Positions 9,656-21,100 of a DNA stretch of 64,000 nucleotides are shown in pieces. The notes below the pieces were generated by a model. The model worked only from the letters and a program-made list of their open reading frames with translations. It was not told where the DNA came from and searched no databases. Numbering within the stretch: position 1 is the first letter of the stretch; each line of letters starts with the position of its first letter. The stretch lies in sequence record DRR378314_916; one strand, 5' to 3'. The position numbers were made by a program, and so were the translations under genes.

Positions 9656-10630
9656 TCAGGGACGCAAAACGACTTTGCCCACGACCTCACGGTCCGTGAG
9701 CAATCGGTAGGCTTCGCGCCACTCCTCCAATGGCAATTCAGCGTGAATGCGTGGCCGGGTCTTGCCCTCTGCCGCCCATTTCCAGATCGCTTCCATATTC
9801 TCCTTACCGCGCTGCGGGAAGCGACGGCCATACTCACCCGCCCTTACACCGACCACGGAGAACCCCTTGATCAACGGCATGTTCACTTTCACCTCCGGAA
9901 TACGTCCGGATGTGAAACCAACCACCAGAAGCCGCCCGTCGAATGCGATGCAGCGTACACTCTCATCAAACACATCGCCCCCGACGGGATCAAAGATAAC
10001 ATCTGCCCCCCGCCCAGCAGTCAATGTCTTCACCTTGTCGCGAAACCCCTGGCTGACATTGATCACATAGTCAGCGCCATGTGACAGTACGGTATCGAGC
10101 TTCTTGTCCGAAGCTGATGTGGCGATCACCGTTGCGCCCAACAGTTTGCCCACATCCACCGCCGCCATGCCTACACCGCCGCTTGCCCCGTGCACGAGCA
10201 ATGTCTCGCCTGCCTGCAAGTTTGCCCGGCGTACCAGGGCCACATACGCAGTCAGGTATGCTGCTGGATAGGCCGCTGCCTCTGCAAGTTCCATTGTCTC
10301 TGGAACACGGGACAGCCCCGCCGCCGGCAGCACAGCGTTCTCAGCGAAAGCACCTGTCTTGTTGCCGCCCACGACGCGGTCGCCGGGCGCAAACTCAGCA
10401 ACGCCTTCGCCAACCGCCTCCACAATACCTGCGCATTCCATGCCCTGCGTAAAGGGCAGTTCGGGTTTCATCTGGTACTTGCCCTGGCTCATCAAGAGGT
10501 CGGGAAAGTTCACACTTGCCGCAGAGACGCGAACGAGCACCTCCCCCTTTCCGACCTCCGGAACAGGAATGTCTTTCAGGGACAGGCCTGAAAAGTCGTC
10601 CGTCAGCGTATCACAGACGAGCGCTCTCAT
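9656..10630 (-). CDS. NADPH:quinone oxidoreductase family protein
   Basis: SVNFPDLL, HGASGGVG, DPVGG, VGFTSGRIP. Confidence 0.9.
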   Translation of the reverse strand: MRALVCDTLTDDFSGLSLKDIPVPEVGKGEVLVRVSAASVNFPDLLMSQGKYQMKPELPFTQGMECAGIVEAVGEGVAEFAPGDRVVGGNKTGAFAENAVLPAAGLSRVPETMELAEAAAYPAAYLTAYVALVRRANLQAGETLLVHGASGGVGMAAVDVGKLLGATVIATSASDKKLDTVLSHGADYVINVSQGFRDKVKTLTAGRGADVIFDPVGGDVFDESVRCIAFDGRLLVVGFTSGRIPEVKVNMPLIKGFSVVGVRAGEYGRRFPQRGKENMEAIWKWAAEGKTRPRIHAELPLEEWREAYRLLTDREVVGKVVLRP

Positions 10631-11661
10631 AGTTTGGAGACGAGGTCTTTCACCATGCTTGCAATCTCAAGGCAGGCTTTGCGCGAACCGGGAGAGAAAC
10701 CCGTGAAAGCAGTGAACGCATGCGGCAACGGATCATAGCGTTTGTGCACGACCGGAACCCCGGCCTTTCCAAGACGCTTGGCATATTCATCACCCTCATC
10801 ACACAGCGGATCATGCCCCGCAGTGATCAGGATAGCGGGCGGCAGACCGTCAAGCTCCGCCGTCTGGCCAGGAGAGAGCAACGGATCTGCCATATCGAAA
10901 TCATCCGGCAGGTATTGCTCCATGAACCAGTTCATTGTGTCGGTACTGAGGGAAAAGGTTTCGCCAAACTCGGTTTTTGACGGCAGCTCCTCGACCATGT
11001 CGACCGCTGGATAGATCAGCAATTGGTAGACCGGCAGCGGCTTGTGCTCTCGCTGCATTTCCTGCGAGATGATCGCTGAGAAATTGCCACCCATACTATC
11101 CCCGCCCACGGCAGCCATACCTTCCGGCGCACCATAGTCGCCGGCGTGGCGAACTCCCCATTCATAGGCCGCGATGGCATCGTCGATCCCGGCCGGAAAC
11201 TTGTGCTGTGGTGCCAGGCGATAATCAACCGACAGGACAGGCCCACGCGTGACCGATGCAAGGATAGAGCACCAGGCATGACAGGTTTCCAGATCGCCGA
11301 CGACACCGCCGCCCATATGATAGTAGACGAGCAGAGGGACCGTCGCGTCCTGTCCGGCGGGTTTGTACAGGCGAACGGGAATCTCGTTCCGGTCCGGCCC
11401 AGGAATGGTGAAGTCCTCAGTCGAAACGCCAGGCTCCAGCGGCGCAGCCATCATGGCCAATTGGTCTCGCACGGCGGCCTGCACTGTTTCTGCATCCAGA
11501 GACGACATGGGCGGCGCATTGCGCCCATTCCAGGCGACCAATTGCAATTGCGGCTCCAATACGCGGCCGCGCACTTCGACCGGCTTGCCGCCTGCCATGC
11601 GTACCAGCAATCCGTCCGGAAGCTTGAAGATGAATTTGGTGATCAATTGCTGCAGGCTCAT
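10627..11661 (-). CDS. alpha/beta hydrolase (HSL-family esterase/lipase)
   Basis: HMGGG oxyanion motif, VDYRLAP, GDSMGG nucleophile elbow, DPLCDEG, H in LPHAF. Confidence 0.92.
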   Translation of the reverse strand: MSLQQLITKFIFKLPDGLLVRMAGGKPVEVRGRVLEPQLQLVAWNGRNAPPMSSLDAETVQAAVRDQLAMMAAPLEPGVSTEDFTIPGPDRNEIPVRLYKPAGQDATVPLLVYYHMGGGVVGDLETCHAWCSILASVTRGPVLSVDYRLAPQHKFPAGIDDAIAAYEWGVRHAGDYGAPEGMAAVGGDSMGGNFSAIISQEMQREHKPLPVYQLLIYPAVDMVEELPSKTEFGETFSLSTDTMNWFMEQYLPDDFDMADPLLSPGQTAELDGLPPAILITAGHDPLCDEGDEYAKRLGKAGVPVVHKRYDPLPHAFTAFTGFSPGSRKACLEIASMVKDLVSKL

Positions 11662-11734
11662 GGTCGCCTCCCGTCCTGTCTCGTCGGCGGGAGCTTAGAC
11701 CTGTCTGCCGGTTCACGCCAAGGGGCGTTTAACC

Positions 11735-12361
11735 TTACTTTGCGGCAATCTCCCGCACGCCTGCCAGCAACAGAGCGGCGGCAAACTCTGTTGCGCCTTC
11801 AACGTCTACAGGGCGTCGCATCAGCATATGCTCGCCCATTTCACGCGCGATTCCGATGGCGGCAGCCGTGAGATAAGCGGTGTCGATCTTCGGGCCGTCC
11901 TCGCCAGACAGAACATGCTCCAGATCGGCCCGGATCTCGTCTGCAACCGCCAGCATTTCCGGTGTGTCCACCCGAACGCCGATCAGCGCCAGATGTGGCG
12001 CGCCGTTGCGGATCGGCTCTTCATTTTCTGTCGCAATAAATCCGAAATAGGCCCGGTAGGCGTCATGGACATAGGTCTCGAAATCGGTTGCACAGGCTCG
12101 CACATCCTGCAGCCGGGACCGGAACCGATGAGTGGAATCCTCGGCAATCGCCTCGAATACTTCTTCCTTGGATTTGAAGTAATTGTAGAAGGTGCCCGCC
12201 GCGAGCTCGGTTTCACGGATGATGTCGCGCACCGTCGTTGCCTCGAACCCGATCCGCGCAAATACACGGCGCCCGGCCTCCAGAATCGCCCGGCGGTTTG
12301 CAGCCTTGGACCGGGCACGTTTTCCCGACACGCCGGACAGGGGTTTTGCAATCGATGTCAT
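11735..12361 (-). CDS. TetR/AcrR family transcriptional regulator
   Basis: GFEATTVRDIIRETELAAGTFYNYFKSKE HTH. Confidence 0.93.
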   Translation of the reverse strand: MTSIAKPLSGVSGKRARSKAANRRAILEAGRRVFARIGFEATTVRDIIRETELAAGTFYNYFKSKEEVFEAIAEDSTHRFRSRLQDVRACATDFETYVHDAYRAYFGFIATENEEPIRNGAPHLALIGVRVDTPEMLAVADEIRADLEHVLSGEDGPKIDTAYLTAAAIGIAREMGEHMLMRRPVDVEGATEFAAALLLAGVREIAAK

Positions 12362-12421
12362 ACACGCTTTTCCTTGAGGAAGCCCCGCATCATGGCCAAG
12401 GCGTCATCACGCGTCAACTTT

Positions 12422-13108
12422 TTAGACAGTTGAGCCGAGCTCATCCATCCCCGCACCGATTTCGCGGTCTCGCCTGTGCTGGCGATAGGCAGACAAGGCG
12501 ATGCCGAACACGACTCGCATCAGGATCAGCAACAGCACCCCAAAAAGCGGCTCATCCGAGCCAAAGGCGAGCAACGCGCCGAGAATGATGGCGACGTGCA
12601 GCGTTACGATACGCCCATACGGAGAGAACATTTCCGTCGCCAGATTGGCCTTGCGAAACTCGCCGCGTATCAGGAAATCGCTGACATAGAACACGCCATT
12701 CATGATCAGGATTGCGAGCACGAAGTATGCCATCCCCTGCCCGGACCCGAGGGCCCAGGAAATCAAGTCACCGACGCCAGGACTTCCCACACCGCCATCC
12801 TCTGCAAAGGCGCGCAGGAACACGCCGTGGCCATAACAGAACATGCCATAGTGAACGGTGAAGAACGGCACCATGAAAATTGCGCCGAATACATTCGCGA
12901 CATTCGCAAAGCCGGTGGCGACAATTCGCAACACGGTGAACAATCCGATCACCAGATTCTCCAGCCAATAGAGTGCGACAAGCGGCGTCGCCCCCCATCC
13001 AAAGACCAGAACGGCGACAATCGGCAACAGGTCAACGACCAGTGACGCCACCGCCAGAGGGTCGCGATAGGTCCGCGCGATCAGGTCTGGATCGAAGAAA
13101 AATTTCAC
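12422..13108 (-). CDS. membrane protein (DUF6498-like)
   Basis: YWLENLVIG, FFTVHYGMFCYGHG, PYGRIVTLHVAII; multiple TM segments. Confidence 0.75.
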   Translation of the reverse strand: MKFFFDPDLIARTYRDPLAVASLVVDLLPIVAVLVFGWGATPLVALYWLENLVIGLFTVLRIVATGFANVANVFGAIFMVPFFTVHYGMFCYGHGVFLRAFAEDGGVGSPGVGDLISWALGSGQGMAYFVLAILIMNGVFYVSDFLIRGEFRKANLATEMFSPYGRIVTLHVAIILGALLAFGSDEPLFGVLLLILMRVVFGIALSAYRQHRRDREIGAGMDELGSTV

Positions 13109-13704
13109 TCGATTTCAAGGCTCGGAACAAGTTCAGGCATCGGCTCGATCGTCGGCTCGTAGCGGAACTCATGCCCCGGCTTCCAGCCGTCACGCGTCTC
13201 AAACTCCGAGACAGAGACGAGCGCCCCATCCTCCGTCAGACGCCCTGTCGAGCGTACGCCGATGATGTCGTTCAGGCCGGTGACCGTCTCGTATGCCGTC
13301 CAGCTACCATCGTCGTTCAGCGTGAAACTGCCGGACGTCCTGAAGCCGGCACTGGTAATGTAGACATAATCCAGTTCGCCCGAAGCGCGATTCTTCTGAA
13401 CATAGGTGACCCCACCATAGGACCCATCGGCCAGCACATGGCGATTCACCAGAACAGAGCCGCCGAGATCCCAATTCCATTCAGAATAATCAGCAGGCTG
13501 TCCCTGCGCCTTGTCGGCGTCACCCGGCTCACCATACCAGCGCGTGCCAACCAGGCTCGCCAGCATGCCGAACTCGCCGGCGATCGCACTGTCTTCAATG
13601 ATCGGAGCGCTTGTTGAAACCGGCGCCGCTGCAGGGTTTTCGGCCGTCGCGCATGCGCCCAGCATCATCACAGAGGCCGCTCCGGCTATCCACAGTCCCC
13701 TCAT
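13105..13704 (-). CDS. hypothetical lipoprotein
   Basis: lipobox LGAC; beta-rich body; GGGGAG RBS. Confidence 0.8.
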   Translation of the reverse strand: MRGLWIAGAASVMMLGACATAENPAAAPVSTSAPIIEDSAIAGEFGMLASLVGTRWYGEPGDADKAQGQPADYSEWNWDLGGSVLVNRHVLADGSYGGVTYVQKNRASGELDYVYITSAGFRTSGSFTLNDDGSWTAYETVTGLNDIIGVRSTGRLTEDGALVSVSEFETRDGWKPGHEFRYEPTIEPMPELVPSLEIE

Positions 13705-13721
13705 GTCTCGTCTCCCCGTCC

Positions 13722-14423
13722 CTAATAGGCTTGAGCATACTCATAGGGAGGAAATGTGAAAGGGTCGCGCGGTGACAAACCCTTGGAGCCCCTGGGATTG
13801 TTGTAATTGCCCGTCAGGATTTCGTAGTGGATATGGATGGCTGTGGCGTTGCCGCTGGATCCCATGAAACCTACGGGCTGACCAAAGCCGATCTCTCCAC
13901 CCTTCTGAACGCCGGGCTGAATGTAGGCAAGATGGGCGTAGCGCGTGTAGACGCCGTTGCCATGATCAATCAGCACCATATTGCCATAACCGGTTGAGAC
14001 CCGCGCTTCGATGACCCGTCCCGGTGCAGCCGCATAGATTGTGCTCGCCGGACGCGACTGCAGATCAATCCCGTCATGACGACGCCCGAACCGCTGGCCG
14101 AAACCCGATGTCAGGCAAACATCATTCGCGGGCGCCGCAGCCAGCGGTACACCGTTCACCACCACAATGGGCTTGTAGTTTATCACCCAGCCATCCTCAT
14201 CCACGAGCGGTGAATTGGAGACACGAATGCCATAGCAGGCCCGCAGATACGCGTTCGGCTCAAACGGCCCTTGTGCGGCTGCTCCGGCCGCAGGGGCCGG
14301 CGCAGGCTGCGGGCGCGAAACCGTGGATTCAGAAGGGTAATGCACCTTTACCGGCGCCGGAGATGCGCAGGCAGCCAGGAAAAGCGTCGCAGAAATCAGG
14401 GGCAAACGGGTCATGGACACCAT
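13722..14423 (-). CDS. M23 family metallopeptidase lipoprotein
   Basis: lipobox LAAC; HDGID, YAHL, HIHYE motifs. Confidence 0.9.
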   Translation of the reverse strand: MVSMTRLPLISATLFLAACASPAPVKVHYPSESTVSRPQPAPAPAAGAAAQGPFEPNAYLRACYGIRVSNSPLVDEDGWVINYKPIVVVNGVPLAAAPANDVCLTSGFGQRFGRRHDGIDLQSRPASTIYAAAPGRVIEARVSTGYGNMVLIDHGNGVYTRYAHLAYIQPGVQKGGEIGFGQPVGFMGSSGNATAIHIHYEILTGNYNNPRGSKGLSPRDPFTFPPYEYAQAY

Positions 14424-14446
14424 TTATGCCCTGAAACCGGTTAACA

Positions 14447-15778
14447 TCAGGCAACGACGCGGGCTCGCTTCGCGCCCCGTTCGATTTCCTTCATCAGGTC
14501 ACGACAATAAAGATTGAAATCGACCTGCATCCGGTGACGCGGGCTGTCGTAGAAATGACCAAGATGCTGCTTCTCGTCCTCTTCGGTAATCCGGTCCATC
14601 TCCGATTCTGACGGAAATGCGTAATCCCCATTCAGCGCCGCCGCGACGAGCTTGGATTGTTGCTCAGCGAAGTTCACGAGTGTCGGCAGCGGCTGTGCGA
14701 GACCCAGGAAGAAGATGGTTTCCCGTCCCGGCTTCACCATCCGCTTGAACAGGGGGAAGACGTTTTCCTTCGGCGTCAGGTCATCCTGCTTCAGGAACGG
14801 GAAGGTCACATTGTAGCCAGTCGCCCAGACAATCGCGTCTATCTTCTCTCTTGTACCATCCGTGAACACAACACCATCGCCATCAAGGCGTTCAATACCC
14901 GGTTTCGGAGAAATGTCTCCACAGCCGACCCGCGTCAGGAATTCACCGGATACGGAGGGGTGACCATCCAGCGGTTCATGATCCGGCTTCGGAAGTCCGT
15001 AGTCTTCCATCATGCCAATCGTCTTCTTGATCTTCTTGCGGGCAAGCGCCCGCCCGATTTTCGATGGCAACCATGCCGGAAGCACGGCCTTGTCCGCTGG
15101 CTGGCCATCCATGTATTTCGGCATCACCCATACGCCGCGGCGCATTGAAATGAACAACCTATCCGCGAGCGGCTTCTGGGAAAGTTCCGAGGAAATATCC
15201 ATGGCGGAATTTCCACCGCCAACCACCATGGCCCGCTTGCCGCGGAAGTCGAAAGGCTCGAATGGATCCGTGTAATTGTGGGAATGGACCTGATACCCGT
15301 CAAAGCTTCCGGGATATTCCGGCATGCGCGGATCCCAGTGATGACCATTTGCCACGATTACCGCATCATACTCCCGGCTTTCGCCGGTCGACAGCGTCAC
15401 CTTCCAGCGTCCGCCCGGCAAATCCTCTACTTCGGTTACGGCCGTGTTGAACGTGATCGTCTCCCGCAAACCAAAATGATCGACATAGTCGTGAAAGTAC
15501 TGAAGCAGCTGCGCATGATGCGGAAAATCCGGCCAATCCTCCGGCACCGGATAGTCCTCAAAGGCCAGTCGCCACTTGGACGTGTCGATATGCAGGGATT
15601 GATAGCAGGACGACGCGCCATTGGGATTTTTGTAGTACCAATTGCCGCCAATATCGTCTGACATCTCAAAGCAGTCATATGGGATGCCATAATCCTTGAG
15701 GCGCTTGGCCATCGTAAACCCGGAACATCCCGCTCCGATGATACAGGTCATTGGCTTTGTAGCTCCGTCGAATGGCAT
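14447..15778 (-). CDS. flavin-containing monooxygenase (FMO family)
   Basis: IIGAGCSG, DIGGNW, FDGYQVHSHNY FMO motif, VVGGGNSA, ATGY; GGAGG RBS before ATG 15778. Confidence 0.92.
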   Translation of the reverse strand: MPFDGATKPMTCIIGAGCSGFTMAKRLKDYGIPYDCFEMSDDIGGNWYYKNPNGASSCYQSLHIDTSKWRLAFEDYPVPEDWPDFPHHAQLLQYFHDYVDHFGLRETITFNTAVTEVEDLPGGRWKVTLSTGESREYDAVIVANGHHWDPRMPEYPGSFDGYQVHSHNYTDPFEPFDFRGKRAMVVGGGNSAMDISSELSQKPLADRLFISMRRGVWVMPKYMDGQPADKAVLPAWLPSKIGRALARKKIKKTIGMMEDYGLPKPDHEPLDGHPSVSGEFLTRVGCGDISPKPGIERLDGDGVVFTDGTREKIDAIVWATGYNVTFPFLKQDDLTPKENVFPLFKRMVKPGRETIFFLGLAQPLPTLVNFAEQQSKLVAAALNGDYAFPSESEMDRITEEDEKQHLGHFYDSPRHRMQVDFNLYCRDLMKEIERGAKRARVVA

Positions 15779-15869
15779 CTCATTTTCCTCCAGGTGAGCC
15801 TTTTGTTTTCGCTCTTTTCCTGATGATGTTATCCGGGCAGAACGACTCGTCAAATGAATGAGGGCCAAT

Positions 15870-16349
15870 ATGAGCGATGACGCCACGTCACCTCCCGAAC
15901 CTTGGGAACTGATGCAAGAGAACATCGAAATGCTAAGCGGCGGTATCCCGTGGGGACGGCGCATGGGCTTCCGTTTCACCAAGATCGAAAAAGGGCACTC
16001 ATGGGGGATTCAGCCCTGGAAAGAGCGCTTGGTAGGCGATCCGGATACGGGCGTTATTCATGGCGGTGTCCTTACGGCATTCCTTGATAATCTGTGCGGC
16101 ACCGCCGCCAGCTCGGCGCTGTCCAAACCGCGCTTTGTCGCCACGCTCGATTTGCGGATCGACTATATGCGCCCTGCTGAACAGGGTCGGGACATCATCG
16201 GCGAGGCCGAATGCTACCACCAGACCCGCAATATCTGCTTCACACGCGCCTGGGCTTATCATGAGAGCCGTGACCGGGTGATCGCCACAGCCGCAGGCGC
16301 GTTTGCAATCAACAAGCCGCGTTCGCTCGACAGTATGAGGGCCATGTGA
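15870..16349 (+). CDS. PaaI family thioesterase
   Basis: GVIHGGVLTAFLDNLCG, ATLDLRIDYMRPA. Confidence 0.9.
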   Translation: MSDDATSPPEPWELMQENIEMLSGGIPWGRRMGFRFTKIEKGHSWGIQPWKERLVGDPDTGVIHGGVLTAFLDNLCGTAASSALSKPRFVATLDLRIDYMRPAEQGRDIIGEAECYHQTRNICFTRAWAYHESRDRVIATAAGAFAINKPRSLDSMRAM

Positions 16350-16789
16350 TGGCGGAGGATATGAAGCTGACCGAAGCCAGCCGGGCAGACGAAGTCCGCG
16401 CTTTCGTGGACCGCACACCGCTGGCGCAGGAAATGGGCCTGCGCTGCGAAGTGATGGGCGATGAGATGACGATGATCATGCCGTATCAGGAAAAACTGAT
16501 CGGCAACTTCATGATCAAGGCCATTCATGGCGGCGCTATCGGAGCGTTCCTTGAGATCACGTCTCAAGCCCAGGTTTTCCTCGTAACAGAACATCTGCTG
16601 CGCCCGCCTCGCCCCATCAACCTCACGATTGATTACCTGCGCCAGGGCCACGCCAAGGATCTCTACGCCCGTGCAGAGATCACCAAGATGGGCCGCCGCA
16701 TGTGTTCTGTCCGTGCCGAAGCATGGCAGGATGAGCGCTCGAAACCCGTCACCACCCTGATGGCGCATTTCATGGTATCAGGAGATTAG
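16349..16789 (+). CDS. PaaI family thioesterase
   Basis: AIHGGAIGAFLE, INLTIDYLR; start overlaps upstream stop (TGATG). Confidence 0.9.
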   Translation: MAEDMKLTEASRADEVRAFVDRTPLAQEMGLRCEVMGDEMTMIMPYQEKLIGNFMIKAIHGGAIGAFLEITSQAQVFLVTEHLLRPPRPINLTIDYLRQGHAKDLYARAEITKMGRRMCSVRAEAWQDERSKPVTTLMAHFMVSGD

Positions 16790-16819
16790 GGTGCATCAGA
16801 AGCGAAGGGCGAACTGGTT

Positions 16820-17278
16820 ATGAAACATGCGCTAATAGCGCTCGCCTTTTGTGCTGGATGCACATCCACTCAGTTGCAGGCTGCCTCGCCGGCCGCTCCT
16901 CCAGACCATCCACTTGAGTGGATTACCGGCTGCTGGATCAGCGAAAGCGGCGCGGCCAAAGAGGTCTGGTCAGACGCCGAAGCGGGGTATCTGTTCGGCT
17001 ATGCGCTTACGCTTAAAGAGGGAGGCGTCAGTTTCTTCGAACAGATGCGCATCCAGCCCGGTCCGCTCTATGTGCTGAATGTTTATCCCAAGGGGATCGG
17101 TCCCTCGAAATTCGTCGAAAGCCTGCAAGGCGACCAATCCATCACGTTCATCAACGCTGCGCACGATTATCCCCAATTGATTCATTACCAGCGCCTGGGG
17201 GACGAACTGCACGCCCACATCGCGCTGGAGGATGGCACCAACCGTCGCGATTTTGCCTATCAGTCCTGTATGGATTGA
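16820..17278 (+). CDS. DUF6265-like lipoprotein
   Basis: signal/lipobox; LEWITGCW, FFEQMRI, FINAAHDYPQLIHY. Confidence 0.75.
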   Translation: MKHALIALAFCAGCTSTQLQAASPAAPPDHPLEWITGCWISESGAAKEVWSDAEAGYLFGYALTLKEGGVSFFEQMRIQPGPLYVLNVYPKGIGPSKFVESLQGDQSITFINAAHDYPQLIHYQRLGDELHAHIALEDGTNRRDFAYQSCMD

Positions 17279-17302
17279 CGAAAATTCCGGCGGGTCTGGC
17301 TC

Positions 17303-18172
17303 TTAGTCGCCGAGACGCTCCACCTTCACCGGCTCACCATCGAACAGGGCCATGTATTGCTGCTTCAACGTATCCCGGAACAGATTTTGCGGAATGGTGA
17401 CATGATAAGCGCCCTCCGCATACGACCCTATATCATAGGGCGCAAAGTGAACGGCATACCCACCAAATTTTCCCGGCTTGTCGGAAGGCACAAAGTTTGT
17501 CTCACCGGCCAGAACCATATCTGCACTGACCAACTCCCGCGCTTCGGCCTCAAAACGTTCAAGCTGTGACGCGCTGCCACTCTTGGCGGCCTTTTGCTTG
17601 GCGATCTCCTGCCAGACGACAGGCATATGAGCCTCAATGGCGGCCTGCGGTTTCTGGAAGAATCGGCTGAGGCGCATCGGCTCCCCCGTCGTGGCATCAT
17701 ACAGTCGACCAGCGGTAAAATAGTTGCCATGGGCGCCGCCGGTAAATGTGTAGTGAAACCCTTCAAGGCTCATGATGTTTCCAGCTTCGGCAACAACATC
17801 CCATTTTATGCGGAGCCCATAGGCCCGGAAATAGTCCGGATCGGCTTCACGATAAGCCTTGGCGTCTTCGGACATGGCCTCGATCCTGATCTGGGCACTT
17901 TCGACCAGATCCATTCCGATTGCAGGCGCCTTCGCAAAGGCCGCCTCATCAATCTCGACTTCGGCCAGCAGATAATCTTCCTCGACGATAATCTCACGCG
18001 GCAGATCATCGACCGATGCAATGGTCGCCACGTCGAGCGACGCATCATCTCCGCCAGCCTCACCTGGGCCATCTTGAGTTTCGGACACATCCGAAAGATC
18101 CCGAACCTTCTTCTGGCATCCCGTCGTCAGCAGGACAGCCCCTGCCAGTGCTGCCAGAACAAGCTTCTTCAT
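17303..18172 (-). CDS. DUF3298/RsiV-like lipoprotein
   Basis: lipobox TTGC; YTFTGGAHGN and FAPYDIGSYAEG motifs. Confidence 0.8.
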   Translation of the reverse strand: MKKLVLAALAGAVLLTTGCQKKVRDLSDVSETQDGPGEAGGDDASLDVATIASVDDLPREIIVEEDYLLAEVEIDEAAFAKAPAIGMDLVESAQIRIEAMSEDAKAYREADPDYFRAYGLRIKWDVVAEAGNIMSLEGFHYTFTGGAHGNYFTAGRLYDATTGEPMRLSRFFQKPQAAIEAHMPVVWQEIAKQKAAKSGSASQLERFEAEARELVSADMVLAGETNFVPSDKPGKFGGYAVHFAPYDIGSYAEGAYHVTIPQNLFRDTLKQQYMALFDGEPVKVERLGD

Positions 18173-18184
18173 TCGGGACCTCCG

Positions 18185-21100
18185 TTAAAGGCTGAGCAGT
18201 TCGGCATCTCCGCCCTGCGCGGTGATGTTTACCGTCAGAGTGCGCTCAGTTGCAAACCGATGCAAGTAGTGAGGGCCGCCCGCTTTCGGGCCTGTGCCAG
18301 AGAGCCCCTCGCCGCCGAATGGCTGAACACCCACAACTGCGCCTGTCATCGTGCGGTTCACATATGTATTGCCGACCGGACACGCTTCGCGCACTTCGCG
18401 CTGGAAGCTTTCGAGACGCGAGTGGACACCAAGTGTCAGGCCATAGCCCTTCCCTTTCAGAGCAGCGCCAACCTCAGCAATATCGTCCGGGTCGTAGCGC
18501 AGCACGTGAAGGATCGGTCCGAACTTCTCCTCGGAAATCTGGTCGATGGATTTCAGCTCGATCAAGGCCGGGCCGAAGCCATATCCCGTTTCGCCGATCT
18601 TTCCGGCCGGAATCTGGTGTAAAACGGTCGCCTCTTCCTTCATCGTCTGAACATAGGCCTGCAGCGATGCACGTGACTCGGCATCGATCACTGGCCCAAG
18701 ATCCGTGCGGGGCAACCCGGGATCATCCACGATCAGCTCATTCATCGCACCGATCAGTCCCTTGATCAGCTCATCAGCGGTATCGTCCGGCAGGAACACG
18801 ATGCGGAGTGCCGAGCAACGCTGGCCAGCTGAACCGAAAGCTGACTGGATCACATCGTCGATGACCTGCTCGCGAAGCGCGGTGGTGTCCACAAACATGC
18901 CGTTGAGACCGCCCGTCTCTGCAATCAACGGAATGATCGGGCCCTCACGGTCTGCCAAAGTCATGTTGATGATGCGCGCCGTCGTCGTTCCACCTGTAAA
19001 GCAAACGCCCGACACGCGAAGATCACTGATCAGCTTTGCACCCACACTCTCACCGCCGCCCGGCAACAGGTGCAGCGCTTCAACAGGCAAGCCAGCCTTC
19101 TGAAACAACTTCACCGCTTCAAACGCGATCAGTGGGGTCTGCTCTGCTGGTTTCGCAACGACCGAATTTCCTGCCGCGAGCGCCGCCGCTATCTGCCCTG
19201 TGAAAATGGCGAGAGGAAAATTCCAGGGGCTGATGCAGCAGAAGACGCCCCTGCCGTGAAGGGAGATATGGTTCGTCTCTCCTGTTGGTCCCGGCAGTTT
19301 CTGGGCAGTGGTAAACTCGGCCTCAGCCTGCATTGCGTAGTATCGGCAGAAATCGATGGCCTCCCGCACTTCGGCAATTCCATCAGCGAGCGTTTTGCCT
19401 GCTTCGCGTGCCATGAGCGCGATAAGGCGCTCGGCATTCTCTTCAAGAATATCCCCCATCGCGCGCAGATGCTTCGCTCGTTCGGCGCCCCCAAGCGCGT
19501 CCCAAGCCGGTTGGAATTTCACCGCAGCGTCCAGTGCCTTGTCGATATCGTCTTCCTGCGCCTCTCGGCAGCTGCCCAGAACCGTTTCGGTATCAAACGG
19601 CACACGGACCATATCGCCGCCGCCGGTCACAGCTTTTCCGGAAACGATCGGGCCAGCGGCAATGGCGGGGCTGTCGCGGAAGCTCTTGATCGCTGCGGCC
19701 ATGTCATCGCGCACGCTGCGCTGGCTGAGATCCAGGCCAGAGGAGTTGCGACGTTCGGCACCGTAGAGGCGCGGCGGAGTTGGAATGCGAGGATGGCGCC
19801 GGGGCCCGACTTCAACCTTCACAATCGGGTCGGCGACAACCTGTTCCGGTGGCACGTCCGGGTCGAGGAAGGAATGAACGAAGCTGGTGTTGGCTCCATT
19901 CTCCAGCAGGCGCCGGACCAGGTACGGCAACAGATCCTTGTGGGCTCCGACCGGCGCATAGACGCGTACACGGCGACCAAGTCCGGCCGCGCCGTAGAGC
20001 GCTTCGCCCATCCCATGCAGGCGCTGGAATTCGAACGCCGAATTGCCAATCTCTTCCGACAGCATCTCAATTGCTGCAACCGAGTGTGCATTGTGGGTTG
20101 CGAACTGAGGATAAATCGCATCTTTCGCTTCCAGCATCTTTCGTGCACAGGCCAGGAAATGAAAGTCCGTGCCCGCCTTCGTTGTGAAGACCGGAAAGTT
20201 CGCATACCCCTCGATATGCGCATGCTTGATTTCGCTGTCCCAATACGCCCCTTTGACCAGGCGCACCATGAAGCGATGCCCTGTCTGGGCGGCCAAATCC
20301 TTCACACGTTCGATCACATCGCCCGCACGCTTCTGATAGGCCTGAACGGCCAGACCAAGACCATTCCAATCCTTCAGTGATGGCTCGCGCGCCAGTCGGT
20401 CAAGGATTTGCAGGCTGATAACCAGACGGTCTGCCTCCTCTGCATCAAGACAGAGATTGATATTCGCCTTCGCAGCACGTTCACACAATTCGAGCACGGA
20501 TGGATACATTTCATCCATGATCTGGGCCCGGTTCACCGCTTCATACCGTGGGTGAAGGGCGGACATTTTAACGGAAACGCCATTCGCTTGTTCGGGCGGC
20601 GTTGACGGGTCCTTGTCAGCGGCCACGCCGTCAATCGCATTCTGATAGGCTTTCAGATACCGGATCGCATCGTCTTCCGTACGCGCACCCTCCCCCAGCA
20701 TGTCAAAGCTGAAATGCGCAGCATCCCCGGCCTTCACCATCCGGCGCCCGCGCTTCTGAGCGTCTTTCACCGTGCGACCGAGTACGAATTGCTCGCCCAT
20801 GATGCGCATCGCCTGCATCATGGCGGCGCGGATAACCGGTTCACCGCTTTCGCGGATCAGTCCCTGAATGAATTTTGCTGGTCCCTTTTTCAGGCTGGCG
20901 GGCACACCAATCACCTGCCCGGTCAACATCAGACCCCATGTCGAGGCATTCACCAGCCAGGATTCCGACTGCCCCTGATGGGCGCTCCAGTCGCCGGAAC
21001 GGATCTTCTCGGCAATCAGTTCGTCGCGCGTCTCGGCGTCCGGCACGCGCAGCAAGGCTTCCGCCAGGCACATCAGCGCGAGGCCTTCCGCATTGGACAG

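Noticed and set aside
14431-14446. Possible CtrA site upstream of the M23 peptidase
   Set aside because: Only a TTAAC half-site; no TTAA-N7-TTAA
15779-15982. N-terminal extensions in the ORF track (FMO, also ODC, oxidoreductase, SDR, hydrolase)
   Set aside because: Downstream ATGs have better RBSs and match family N-termini; several extensions overlap divergent genes or promoters
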